Positions 16,966 through 30,029 of a DNA stretch of 64,000 bases are shown in pieces. The first letter of the stretch is position 1; each line of letters opens with the position of its first letter. Location of the stretch: the NCBI GenBank assembly GCA_964016885.1, contig CAXHJY010001290.1, positions 1-64,000 of the forward strand, given 5' to 3'. The notes under the pieces are model-generated. The model had not been told where the DNA came from. It made no database searches and worked only from the letters and a program-made list of their open reading frames with translations. The DNA is from Eledone cirrhosa. Taxonomy: Eukaryota. Both the position numbers and the translations under genes were made by a program.

Positions 16966-17519
16966 GCTGGGATAATTGCTGGCCTTATGCCAAAAGTAGA
17001 AGAAATTATTACATAATATATTATTCCACACTGCTCGATAGCACTCAATATATCTCTTTAGAGAAAATCCAGGGAAAAATGAGGCTCAAGCACATAGTCA
17101 TATTTATATACAAGTTCTTACACACATGCCCACATAAATATCCCCCCATACTTGCATATGTATGACCATACATACCTCTTTATTTACAAACATATGCACA
17201 GGTGTATACAAGTAAAATTCCATTATAATGAATACCAGTATAACAACATTTTTTTCAATCCCCAGCCGCATGCTCAATGTGTTTCGATCGATCTTATAAA
17301 GAATTTTTCATTACAAATTTTTTTTTATATTCCGTGAATTTCGTTTGTACCCCCAACCACACCTCAGCATGCATCAGCTGCATGTGTTGACCAGCGTTTA
17401 ACACTACAACCATAACTCACTCAGAGTTACTTCCCCTAGCTGCATTAAAATTCAATCACAATGCCCTCAAAAGGTGTGAAGGTCGTTGTTCTTTCCCTTC
17501 GACCATATCCAGCTGGAAC

Positions 17520-17960
17520 TCCTTTCTGCTGCTTTAGGGCTTTGGTCCTCGTCTTCCTTGGGACTCAAAGTTATTTCATGTGATTGGCTCCAACCAGCTT
17601 TGACCCGGAAGTTGGTTTCCCTCAGGCTGTTGGCCAAGCTAGAGTATTTTTCGGTCTTGAACATATACTCCAGCTTGGCCAACAGCTGTCTTGAACATGT
17701 GTGCTTCTTCTATTCTACTTTCAAATGGCACAGCGAGTCCAATCAAAATCAGCTGTTTTAATGAACTGATAGGGAATACGATATCTGGCCTCAATTCATT
17801 CCTCCTGATGACTTATGATTTTGCCGATCCGATCTTGGGAGGTCTTCTGTACACTCCCAGTCGCCCGCACCACTCAGAAGACTCGAACTCCGCGCCCTGT
17901 ATGGCGTAGCTGTTCGTGGCCATTATCTGTCTCTTGCCATATAGAATGTTAGAGGTTCTT
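17520..17960 (-). pseudogene. Possible pogo/Tigger-like transposase N-terminal remnant
   Basis: ANSLRETNFRVKAGW resembles the CENP-B-type HTH (A..L....F.AS.GW); heavily decayed. Confidence 0.35.
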
Positions 17961-18374
17961 GTGTTACTGGTTTTACTTTTGCCGTACTCATCCCATGTAC
18001 AATCTCCTTAAGCACTTGATTGTGTCTCCAGGTGTATCTTCCTTGGGCTTAGAGTTACTCTGCATTAGCTCAGAATGTGTTCCACTGACTGTCTACCCTG
18101 GCATATTGGGCAGTCGGGATTATCTGATTTGCCCCATTTCTCTACGTTCATAATCAAGGGTAGGAGATCATACAAAGATCTGCGGTGAAACCTAATTCTA
18201 AGAGGCGCCATAAGCGCATATAAGCTATACATCAGTATATTTATGTATGTAAAAATATTTTTTGCAGCAGTTACCTCCCATTGATAATATATTTAATTAG
18301 CACGTGTGTCAATATTTTAAAACAATTTTAGCCAGCGTTCCTATGACGTAAACGTTAAAGGATTTTCAATTAAT

Positions 18375-18785
18375 GGTTTCTGATTTAGGCACAAGGCCAA
18401 CAATCAATGGGGAAAGGGAAAGTTCATTAAATCGACCCCAATGCATTACTGGTACTTTAAGTACTTTATTTTATCGACCCCGTAAGGATGAAAAGCAAAG
18501 TTAACCTCGGTGGGATTTGAGCTCAGAATATAAAGGGCCATAACTCTATGCTGCTAAGCATGTTGTCCGATGCTCTACCGATACTGCCACCCCACCGCAT
18601 AATAGAGTTTCTACTTTTGGCACAAGGCCAACAATTACCCAGTGCATCACTGGTACTTTATTTTATCGACCCCGTAAGGATGAAAGGCAAAGTTAACCTC
18701 GGTGGGATTTGAATATAAAGGGCCATAACTCTATGCCGCTAAGCATGTTGTCCGACGCTCTACCGTTTCTGCCAATCCACTGCAT
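18375..18785 (-). mobile_element. Two tandem copies of tRNA-derived SINE family 1
   Basis: Reverse complement of GGATTGGCAG..TCGGTAGAG..GTTCAAATCCC..CTTTGCCTTTCATCCTTACGGGGTCGATAAAATAAAGTACCAG..GGCCTTGTGCC. Confidence 0.9.
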
Positions 18786-18997
18786 AATAGGATGTAATAT
18801 CGAAGCAAGTGTGAACTCTATTATTCTCTTTTGTTGAATATGGTCTGTGTTATACGTATTTATTTTTTTTCCAATCTTAAGAACATCCCTTCTATTTTTC
18901 CATCTGTTTCACATTGAGCTTAATATTAAGCATTTTCGCAATTACATACTCTCCTATATGGCTCTATAGATGTGTGTGTGTGTATATATATATATAT

Positions 18998-19594
18998 GCA
19001 CCAACCGGAGGTATATGGTCTTTAAAGCGATGAAATACCAATGAAGGTTGGAAGATCACTGATGAAGGACTAAATTTATTTATGTGTAACCCATTTGCAA
19101 CCACGCAGCACGCCATGTTTTCATATTCATATATAATTTCCTCCGCTGTGACCCGTCTATTTCTTTCTTACTGCTTCCCCCTTTCACCGTATCTGTCACT
19201 TCCTTTTACCCCCTCTAACAGTCACTCTCTCTGTTAGCCTCTTCCTCACACTTTCACTCACTCACTCTCTGCTACTCCCTCTCCTACTTCCTCCCGTTTG
19301 ACCTGTGCGAGATTCTTTCCTCACGCACGCTTTGACCAGGTCGGTTGTTCTTTATTCTCTCTCGTCTACGATTTCACAGAACTTATGTTCACCGATTTCA
19401 GGGACTTGACTCCTTCTTGCTCACCTTTCGTTGCATTACCATCTTTGATTGTTTACTGTCTCGCTCGTTCCCCCCTATTTACGTGTCCCAACAACTTTCT
19501 TTAGCCGTTGCTCGCACCAACCGGAGGTATATGGTCTTTAAAGCGATGAAATACCAATGAAGGTTGGAAGATCACTGATGAAGGACTAAATTTA

Positions 19595-19596
<2 letters not shown>
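18998..19596 (+). mobile_element. Non-coding element with perfect 83 bp terminal direct repeats (pseudo-LTR/retrozyme-like) in a TA array
   Basis: 18998-19080 equals 19514-19596; contains CTGATGA; related copy at 22850-22960. Confidence 0.75.
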
Positions 19597-19656
<60 letters not shown>

Positions 19657-19668
19657 TCTGTGTGTGTG

Positions 19669-19713
<45 letters not shown>

Positions 19714-19717
<4 letters not shown>

Positions 19718-19764
19718 TCAGAAGATCCTGTTATGGGTGAAAGCAGAGATTCTTTGCTTAAACT
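19714..19764 (+). ncRNA. Hammerhead-like fold, family C (CAGAAGA core variant)
   Basis: AGTTT-CAGAAGA-TCCTGTTATGGGT-GAAA-GCAGAGATTCTTTGC-TT-AAACT: stems I, II and III all pair. Confidence 0.55.
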
Positions 19765-19775
19765 TTAATCTGTTA

Positions 19776-19821
<46 letters not shown>

Positions 19822-19863
19822 TCAAAATATTAATAAATGGATACATTCACATAATCAAATATG

Positions 19864-19925
19864 TTTTATTATATATATTTCGGAGATACTGTGCTGTTTT
19901 TTCAGTACGTCCTCATCAGATAAAA
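19864..19925 (-). ncRNA. Type I minimal hammerhead ribozyme, family D
   Basis: Minus strand TTTTAT-CTGATGA-GGACGTACTG...CAGTATCTCC-GAAA-TATATA-TA-ATAAAA. Confidence 0.75.
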
Positions 19926-20141
19926 TACATAAATTGATGTATGACATACCTCAACTGTGCTGATGGTTCAATTCCAGTCTTGGCATATATAATAAAATAT
20001 ATATTTTGATTATGTGAATGTATCCATTTATTAATATTTTGAATAATATTAATAACTCCAGAAAACTTATTTGTTGAGTGCTTTTAATCTATTGTAAAAC
20101 TATATTCATTGTATAATCAATGAACCTTGTTTAACATTTGG

Positions 20142-20172
<31 letters not shown>

Positions 20173-20175
<3 letters not shown>

Positions 20176-22045
20176 CCGGATAGTAAACCAAGTCATACAG
20201 AATGGGGTCGTTCCGAAGGACTGGCGTAGCAGCATCATCATTAACTGCTACAAGGGTAAAGGAGATGCCCTAGATAGGGGTAACTATAGAGGCATTAAAT
20301 TAATCGACCAGGTCATGAAGGTCACAGAAAAAGTAAAAGCGCAACTAATCAGAGAGCGAATTGATCTAGATGAAATGCAGTTCGGGTTTGTGTCAGGTAA
20401 AAGTACCACAGACGCTCTTTTCATTGTACGACAACTACAGGAGAAGTACCTAGCTAAAAGTAAACCCCTATACTTAGCTTTTGTTGACTTGGACAAAGCC
20501 TTTGACAGAGTCCCCCGCTCCATTATCTGGTGGGCTCTTAGAAAACTAGGTGTAGATGAATGGCTTGTGAGAGCTATACAAGCCATGTATAAAGAAACAG
20601 TCAGCAAGGTTGGAATTAACAACGAATATAGTGAAGAGCTTAGCGTAAAAGTTGGTGTTCATCAGGACTCCGTTCTTAGCCCCCTACTATTTATTATTGC
20701 CCTTCAGGCTATAACAGAGGAGTTCAAGACCGGCTGCCCATGGGAACTTCTTTACGCAGATGATCTAATGCTCATAGCTGAATCAATGGCTGAACTAGAG
20801 AAGAAATTCCAAACATGGAAGCATGGCCTAGAATCAAAAGGCCTTAAAGTTAACTTGTCTAAGACTAAAGTTCTAGTTTGTAGGAAGGAAAATAGGGCAC
20901 TGGTCCCATCTGGGAAATGGCCATGCTCAGTGTGTAGGAAAGGAGTAGGCAGAAACTCCATTTTATGTCCCAAATGCAAAGTATGGGTGCATAAAAGATG
21001 TAGTGGGATCACAGGTAAGCTAACTAAGAATATAGATTTTACTTGTGGCCGGTGCTCTGGTGCAATAAGTAACAGCAAGCTCATTCCATTGCACAGATGG
21101 TTCTATAGAAATAGTGGACAGCTTCCGTTACCTGGGTGACAAAATCAGCAGTGGGGGAGGGTGCTCTGAAAGTACAGTAGCTAGAGTCAGAACGGGATGG
21201 AAAAAGTTCAGAGAGCTTATACCACTATTGGTCGTTAAAGGGTTCTCCCTAAAAATGAAAGGTAGGCTGTATCATGCTTGCATACGAACAGCAATGTTGC
21301 ATGGCAGTGAGACCTGGGCATTGTGTGCAGAGGAAATACGCAGACTGGAGAGGAACGAAGCTTGCATGCTCCGCTGGATGTGTAATAGTAATATACGTGA
21401 ACGGCAAAGCATAAACGAACTAAGGGAGAAATTAGGAATAAGAGGGATCAGATGTTGTTTACCCGAGAGTACGTTGGTACGGTCACGTGATGCGCATGAA
21501 AGACGACAGCTGTATAAAAAAGTGCAGGGCGATAAAAATAGACGGTAGCCACAGAGTAGGCAGACCCAGAAAAACCTGGGATGACTTGATAAATTCCTAC
21601 CTCACACACTTACACCTCTCCAAGACAATGTCACTGGACCGAGATCTTTGGCGCTACACAGTAATACAGAAGACCCGCCTTGCCTAAGTACAAAGCGAAA
21701 CCTACTACAGTCAGTAGGCACCTCTAACAAAATACCCCCCCCCCCCCCACACACCCTATCCACACCACCCCTTTCAATGTAAAGTTACGTTGGTACCACA
21801 ACATCCAGTCCGAAATAAATGAGGTCGTGTAGGTGTCACGACAAAAAAAAAAAACACACAGTCCACGCTGTAATGTGGCCGTGTAGGTAACACGGTAAAA
21901 ACCTCCCAGTCCACACTGTAAACGTGGTTGGTGTTAGGAAGGGTATCCAGCCGTAGAAAACCCGCCAGAGCAGGACAACAAATCTTGCCTCAAGTGGGAA
22001 AACTCCCATCCAAACCCATGCAAGCGTGGAAGATGGACGTTAAAC

Positions 22046-22082
<37 letters not shown>
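20173..22082 (+). mobile_element. 5'-truncated RTE-clade LINE: RT ORF (two frameshifts), 3'UTR with 48 bp-type units, (GAT)n tail
   Basis: Motifs YKGKGD..NYRGIKL, QFGF, AFVDLDKAFD, GVHQDSVLSPLLF, LLYADD, FRYLG, LHGSETW, GRPRKTW. Confidence 0.95.
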
Positions 22083-22119
<37 letters not shown>

Positions 22120-22134
22120 ATGATGATGATGATG

Positions 22135-22171
<37 letters not shown>

Positions 22172-22188
22172 ATGATGATGATGATGAA

Positions 22189-22221
<33 letters not shown>

Positions 22222-22229
22222 ATATATAT

Positions 22230-22722
22230 GATGGCTGCGATTTCGGTAATGCCATCGCTTGATTCTTAAGCATGAGCTGCAATATCATGCATCAGAAAAA
22301 AATGTCACATATCAAGTGATACCTGAACCTGAAGCTTTTTAAAGTGAGGAAAGGCTTTGCATGGCGCCAATCCCACTCTTTGAACATCAAATGCATTTAC
22401 CCAAAAAGAAGGACTGATCTACGTCACTGGGTGCAAATGAAGTCGCAGGTTTTATATCAGAGTGACCTTCTCCTAGAGAGATGTTTTAATGAAGACTAGG
22501 AGGTCTCTCGCTCCACAAAAAAAAAAGAAGCTTTATTGGATGGCCGTTGACTCTCCTGAGTTCCCCCGCCCTTTGACAGGTTTTCTATGTCAACTCGCTC
22601 TTCAGGGCTACTGGTAACATGTAACCCAGTACAACATGTGCATGGTCGGATCGTCGGCGACTAAACCGGCAACCCCACATAGCTTGCATGGCGAGGAGGG
22701 TGATTTTGGACAGCCGGCGGGA
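22230..22722 (-). mobile_element. Dispersed repeat, probably a LINE 5' region; related pieces at 59880-60080
   Basis: Shared PAGCPKSPSSP-encoding and CCCTTTGACAGGTTT segments between the two loci. Confidence 0.55.
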
Positions 22723-22726
22723 TATA

Positions 22727-22831
<105 letters not shown>

Positions 22832-23236
22832 TCATATATATATATATATGATTTTGAATGCGATGAAATATCAATGATGGTTGGCAAATCACTGACGAAG
22901 GACTGATTTTATCATATGTAACCCACGTGTAACCACGCAGTATTCTTCTTTCTTCTCATGTTATATATATATATATATATATATACATATATATGAGGTT
23001 TGTCCCAAAAGTATGGGTACATGATGTTTTATTTAAATGTATTAGGTTGGACAGTTCTCGCAGCTTTTCAAATTTTTTTATTAACTTTTTCTCTCCAATA
23101 AACTTCTTAATATATTGAATGGTATCCTTGTATGACTCTCTCCAATAAACCTCTTAACATATAGGGTCGTATCCTTCTATGTCTCTCTCTCCAATAAATA
23201 TATATATGGTTGTGTTACCAACTCATCTAAACTATT

Positions 23237-23352
<116 letters not shown>

Positions 23353-23397
23353 AGGACAATTCCCGCTCATCGACTCTCTTCTGTGGATCACTGATAT

Positions 23398-23431
<34 letters not shown>

Positions 23432-23432
<1 letters not shown>

Positions 23433-23708
23433 TTCGTTTCTGAAAAGACACACAAACAAAATGGCGTAGGATAGAAGAAAGGAAAGGCACAGAAACGAAG
23501 AAAGAAATCCCCAGTCACTGAAGAGGTCACAGAGTGTGTGACGAAAGAACTATGACTATATATATATAAACAACTATCTGGTTGTGGAACCAACCAACCA
23601 ACCAGAAATTTATAAATTTGTAAATTTATAAATTTATAATAAATTAAATTGAAGTGAAAGCAACTGGTGCGTGTGTTTCTTATTGGCAACATGACCCTCC
23701 CAAAGTAT

Positions 23709-23715
<7 letters not shown>
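23432..23715 (-). mobile_element. Family A copy carrying the right terminus
   Basis: Near-identical to 3371-3632 (reverse complement); begins TTTCGTTTCTGAAAAGAC after (TA)n. Confidence 0.88.
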
Positions 23716-23747
<32 letters not shown>

Positions 23748-23751
<4 letters not shown>

Positions 23752-23976
23752 TTCCTGTCTTCCTCCGGTTGCAACGTTTTTTGAAATATTCACTTCTGCG
23801 TTTACAGATTGACTTTGTTAGTTTCAGAAGATCCCGTTAAGGGTGAAAGCAGCGATTCTTTGCTTAAACTTTAATCTGTTATTTTAATAAATATTTGCTC
23901 TACGGTTCTTATATATTTGATATATATTTTCCTTATCGAGCCCTCTTTGGATTTTAGTCTTCAATTTTATTATTAT

Positions 23977-23990
<14 letters not shown>
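23748..23990 (+). mobile_element. Family C element (second long copy at 59168-59402)
   Basis: ~240 bp high-similarity match between the two loci, ending in ATTATTATTACT(AT)n. Confidence 0.85.
23820..23870 (+). ncRNA. Hammerhead-like fold, family C
   Basis: AGTTT-CAGAAGA-TCCCGTTAAGGGT-GAAA-GCA..TGC-TT-AAACT. Confidence 0.55.
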
Positions 23991-24018
<28 letters not shown>

Positions 24019-24226
24019 AAGCAAGATGTGTGGTAGGTCGTACGTAAATCGCGGTGATCACGTCTAACCCATCCCTTTTACAACTCCTACAACTATTATA
24101 AAAGAACCCCCTTAGAATATAGACCCCAGATAAACAAGCTGAGCTGTTGATATATACCACGACTTCAAACTGCTAATCTTGAGTGAAACGTTGATGAAAA
24201 TAATGACCTTACAATCACCTGTTATA

Positions 24227-24273
24227 TGCCTTGAAAAGTCCCACCATATGGTCGGACGAAACGGCTGTCGGCA
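24227..24273 (+). ncRNA. Type I hammerhead ribozyme with compensatory U3:A8 core
   Basis: TGCC-TTGAAAA-GTCC..GGAC-GAAA-CGGCTG-TC-GGCA followed by AATAAA; GUC triplet. Confidence 0.75.
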
Positions 24274-24411
24274 ATAAACTTGTTATAATGTCATAAAAGT
24301 TCCTTTGTTCTTTTTCCTTAATATATATATATATGTGTGTATGTGTGTGTGTATGTATATATATATTTATATATATATGTGTGTATGTATATGTGTATAT
24401 ATATATGTATG

Positions 24412-24443
<32 letters not shown>

Positions 24444-24984
24444 TGTTCATACACACACACACGTATATATATTTATATATATATGTGTGTATGTATATGT
24501 GTATATATATATGTATATATATATATATATATGTTCATACACACACACGTACACGGACGGACGGACACTGACAACCCCCCTCCCATATATATATATATAT
24601 TTTATAATTATAATTTTGTAATTATGAATGTAATTATCAAAATGTCAATATTATCTATATTTGTATATATTTGTGTCTATATGTTTACTTTGTGTAACGA
24701 TAGGGATTGTTCTATTGGAAAGTGTGTTTATATAGATACGTATGTTTATCGATTTTGTGTTTAGTCTATATTGAGATGGGGTGCAGTATTTTTAATGGTG
24801 TATATATTATTTATATGTATATTATTTACGTAGCTTATTATGTTTAACTCTATTTGGGTGCAGTTTCATGTGTACATATATATGCTTAAGACCGGTTTGT
24901 GGACTAAAGCGGTTGTAAGATAACGGTATTTTGTGTGTCCGGGCTTGTATTCTTCAATGCTGAGAGCTGGGGGGATCTCATATT

Positions 24985-25395
24985 GGGGCATCCTCTGAAA
25001 ATTTCATTTTTAGTATTTAGATATTTCTAAGAGGACTTCAGATCTTGCAATATTCTAAATTCTTCGCTTAAGCAAAGTGAGCACCTAGTTGTTCCTTCCT
25101 TATAAGGACGTGATATATCCAGGATATTTCAGTTAAAGGGTTATGGAATTCCATTATTCTACAGGTCCTGTCGATTTGACAGTGTCGCGGCCGTCAACAT
25201 TTCGTGATGTTTGAATGATCCGAGATGTGAGTAGTACCGTTGTTTGAACCGGTCTTGTGTCATACCTACATATCGTCATCTGCTCCCTGTCTGGTAGGTT
25301 ATAGTTGGTTATAGTTGGGATGGTATTGGCTTCATAAACGACCGACTTGGTGTTACATTTTTGTTGCAGAAGAGGCATTCTTTTTATATCCTGCA
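24985..25395 (-). pseudogene. Penelope-like (Naiad-type) GIY-YIG endonuclease relic
   Basis: Frameshifted peptides KCNTKSVVYEA, RYVGMTQDRFKQRYYSHLGSFKH, SRPYKEGTTRCSLCLSEEFRIL, YLNTKNEIFRGC. Confidence 0.8.
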
Positions 25396-25719
25396 TGGAT
25401 ATTCCGGTTTTACACACACACACACACAGACACACACACATATATATACACACACACATATATATACACACACATCAAGTGAAATTTTCACTAATTTTGT
25501 ATTTGCTACGATATTTGCAACGATATGAATTACGATATGGAGGTTGATAAGAACAAAGAGATTAAATAGTTCAACTGTCTACATTGTAAATCATCATGGC
25601 GTCGTACGACTATCAATACATCGGTCCCTTCGCCTTAATATCACAACACTGGGACTCCAAAGTATATATATATATATGTGTATATATATATACGTATATA
25701 TATATATATATATATACAT

Positions 25720-25842
<123 letters not shown>

Positions 25843-25847
25843 TATAT

Positions 25848-25893
<46 letters not shown>

Positions 25894-26382
25894 GTGTTTG
25901 CGCGTGTAGTCTTATATAAAAGACTCATAGATTATTTCGATATTTCAATTACACCATTTATATTAGTTGGCTATTTATGTCACCGATGTTTTGTGGCGGG
26001 CCAATAAAGCAAATGCTATCGGCTCTTTTGTGTATATTGCATTTTCTTGTTGATGTATATATATACATACATATATATATATGAACTATATATATATATA
26101 TACATATATGCTTTATATACACGTTGTATTAAAATATATTAGGAGCCATTTCAATACAAACTGTTGGTGCTTTTGCTATGACAATACGAGAAAAAAATCA
26201 ATGTCATAAATTTTGAAGAAGATTAATGTATAAGAAAATTCATCCATAGACCTAAAAATAAAACATGGTAGGAAGCAAAATATAAATGAGAATCTGGAAA
26301 GTATCAATAACAATTGAACAAATTTTCATTTTTAATGAAATTTACTCGAGGAGAATGAAGAGTTTTTTTATCACACAAATGA

Positions 26383-26439
<57 letters not shown>

Positions 26440-26472
26440 CATATACATATATATGTTTGTGTGTGTATATAA

Positions 26473-26524
<52 letters not shown>

Positions 26525-26536
26525 GTATATATACAT

Positions 26537-26586
<50 letters not shown>

Positions 26587-26879
26587 CCAGCTGGTGAGTC
26601 TTAATATATTGTTATAGGTGGCAGGTGTTTAAACATTCTACGTATTTATGCGAATAAGATATTCACTGTTAAAAGTTAGTATTAACATCGAGATCTCTTT
26701 GTTGTTGCTGTTGTTGTTGTGGCTGTTGTTGTTGTTGTTGTTGTTGTTGTAATATACAGAGTGTTTATATTTGTAATATTTTGAAATATTGATATCTGGG
26801 TTCAGAAATTGATACAAGTCTAACTTTCAGAATTTGTAACTACATAATGTTTCGGTCTGGGAGAGATGTTAGTCAGAGT

Positions 26880-27205
26880 TTCACGCCTCATTGAACTATA
26901 GCAGCAATCTAGTGACAACATATAATAAAATATAAGTCGTTACTCGAAAAATACCTGTTGGGAATAAAGACCCAATTCAGCTACGCATGACCATGGTATA
27001 CGTTTCTAGAAAGTTCCCCTCCGAGGCAGAAGTCCGGACATCAAAACATTGGCATTCCAATCTGGACAGACCTCACACAACCTTCAAGAAACAGCTATCT
27101 GAGGATGCTGAGTGTTATCTGAAGGACCTGCCGTAAACAATAGACGGAGGGAGAGGACGTGCCCTGGCGATCCGTTAAAACCATCACGCAAGATGTTGAT
27201 GATGA
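26880..27205 (+). mobile_element. Decayed LINE 3' end with GAT tail
   Basis: GRPHTTFKKQLSEDAECYLKDLP-like C-terminal peptide, then GATGTTGATGATGA. Confidence 0.6.
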
Positions 27206-27215
27206 ATAGAATAAT

Positions 27216-27980
27216 GATTTCTACTTTAGGCACAACGCCAGCAATTACCCCAGTGCATTACTAGTACTTTATTTTATCGACCCCGTAAGGATGAAAGGCA
27301 AAGTTAACCTCGGTGGGATTTGAATATAAAGGGCTAAAACTCTATGCCGCTAAGCATGTTGTCTGACGCTCTACCGATTCTGCCAATCCACTGCATAATA
27401 GGATGTAATATCGAAGCAAGTGTGATGAACTCTATTATTCTCTTTTGTTGAATATGGTCTGTGTTATACGCATTTAATTTTTTTCTAATCTTAAGAACAT
27501 CCCTTCTATTTTTCCATCTGTTTCACATTGAGCTTAATATTAAGCATTTTCGCAATTACATACTCTCCTATATGGCTCTATAGATGTGTGCGTCCGACTC
27601 TCTACCGATACTGCCAATCCACCGCCATTTCAATACAAACTGTTGGCGCTTTTGCTATGACAATACGAGAAAAAAATCAATGTCATAAATTTTGAAGAAG
27701 ATTAATATATAAGAAAATTCATCCATAGACCTAAAATTAAAACATGATGAATAGAATAATGATTTCCAGTATAGGCACAAGGCCTATAATTTTTTTTTTG
27801 GGGGGGGGGAGTCGATTAAATCGAGATCAGTACGTTACTGGTACTCTATTTTATCGACCTCGTAAGGATGAAAGGCAAAGCTAACCTCGGCGGGATTTGA
27901 ACTCAGACCCTAAAGGGCTGTAACTGTATGCTGCAAAGCATGGTGTCCCACTCTCTACTGATACTGCCAACCCACCATAG
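27216..27980 (-). mobile_element. Composite of SINE family 1 copies and locally duplicated sequence
   Basis: SINEs at ~27216-27395 and ~27760-27980; middle duplicates 18783-18976 and 26145-26267. Confidence 0.85.
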
Positions 27981-28239
27981 AATAATGAACGTGTGAACAA
28001 TCATATTCATATATATATCTTTATTATATCTTTAATAATCATATCTTCAGTTTCAAAACATATTATTGAACATATATTCAAGTTTAAGCGTTATTTCATT
28101 TATATATTATATATTGTTTACCTTTCTCGACTGTAGTTGAGAACACATCACGAATCGTTTATTTCTCATACAATTATTTGAATATAATTTAGTTGTATAT
28201 ACATACATACCTATACATACATACCTATATATATATATA

Positions 28240-28415
28240 TAGGAACCAGTAAGACCCAGACGGCTGAGCTCTAAATTTAGTCCAGAATTAGCCGTCAAAA
28301 CGGCTTGAGCTCAGCCTTCGGGGTCTTACTGGTTCCTATTACCCACTCTACTACCCTAAGTATTGAGTACTTTGGTGCGTTATGGTCCACCTGGTTCCTT
28401 ACCACATTTCCTTCG

Positions 28416-28418
<3 letters not shown>
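28240..28418 (+). mobile_element. Family B copy with short inverted arm
   Basis: 28240-28271 is inverted relative to 28307-28339; 3' end CCACATTTCCTTCGTT(AT)n. Confidence 0.85.
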
Positions 28419-28457
<39 letters not shown>

Positions 28458-28461
<4 letters not shown>

Positions 28462-28836
28462 CAACTAGAAATTGATTAACATATAAATAAAGATATGAAA
28501 CAACCACAGGGGATAATTTTTACAAGTGTGTAAGCACACATAGCTAGGTAGGTAACTAAATAAAGTTAACTAGAACTTCAAAAATAGATACTTTATAATA
28601 TGATTAATCTTCCCTGTATATATTCCATTAAAGAAATATATTTCACCAATTAATCGAATGGTAAACCACAGATACCGATACTTGGATTTTCAACAAGATT
28701 GATCATATTATAAGGTATCTATTTTTGAAGTTCTAGTTAACTTTATTTAGCTATGTGTGCTTACACCCTTGTAAAAATTATCCCCTGTGATTGTTTCGTA
28801 TCTTTATTTATATGTTAATCAATTTCTAGTTGTTAT
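28458..28836. repeat. Imperfect inverted repeat, ~150 bp arms, next to a TA array
   Basis: ATAACAACTAGAAATTGATTAAC... / ...GTTAATCAATTTCTAGTTGTTAT. Confidence 0.88.
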
Positions 28837-28960
28837 AAAATGCTCGGACCTATTCATTAGAATCTTGGGGCTTATTTCACGGGTGATATGGCGTATGCCT
28901 TTCTGGCATGACACCCATAATTTTGATTTAGATTAAATTCATTTTGATTTATCTTAATTT

Positions 28961-29045
<85 letters not shown>

Positions 29046-29047
29046 GT

Positions 29048-29079
<32 letters not shown>

Positions 29080-29098
29080 GTGTATATATATATATATA

Positions 29099-29149
<51 letters not shown>

Positions 29150-29176
29150 ATGTATATATGTATATATATGTGTGTG

Positions 29177-29286
<110 letters not shown>

Positions 29287-29562
29287 TACACATATATGTA
29301 TATATATATACATAGATAGATATATACATATGTATATATATATATATGTATATATATATATGTATATATATATATATACATAGATAGATATATACATATC
29401 TATATATACATATTTATATATACTTGTATATGATAAATATATATATATTGAACATTGAAAATAAAACAAAAGGCGAAGATAGGTACTTAAATAGTCCATT
29501 GTTTTATGATCGTTTCAGAATGTTGATTGATCATGATAAATCGATACATTGACTTATTGATC

Positions 29563-29646
<84 letters not shown>

Positions 29647-30029
29647 CACACACACATATATATATATATACACACACATAACTGACTGTGATTTCGTAAT
29701 TACAAATGAATAAGCAGTCGATATGCAAACATAGATGTAATATATTATGTTTAATACATACTAACTAAGCATAAATCTTGTAGAATATTCAGTGTTTCAA
29801 TCTCAAATCAATCATTAATCTTCAATTCATTTGAAAATATATTCTTTTGGGAATTTTGTATAAATTCTATTCAATTCTAATATAGGACGTTGTGAGTCGA
29901 ATTTCTTGGTTGTCTGGTGAGTGTTCTGTCATACTGCCGGTATTGTGTCACTTATAAGAAGACAAGTGTGTGGAACACTCCTAGTTCTATTGATATAGTG
30001 TCTGCACCTTTAGACGGAGTTCTCTTTCA

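Noticed and set aside
22577-22612. Minus-strand CTGAAGA...GAAA in a LINE-like 5' region as a hammerhead
   Set aside because: Stems I and II could not be paired convincingly
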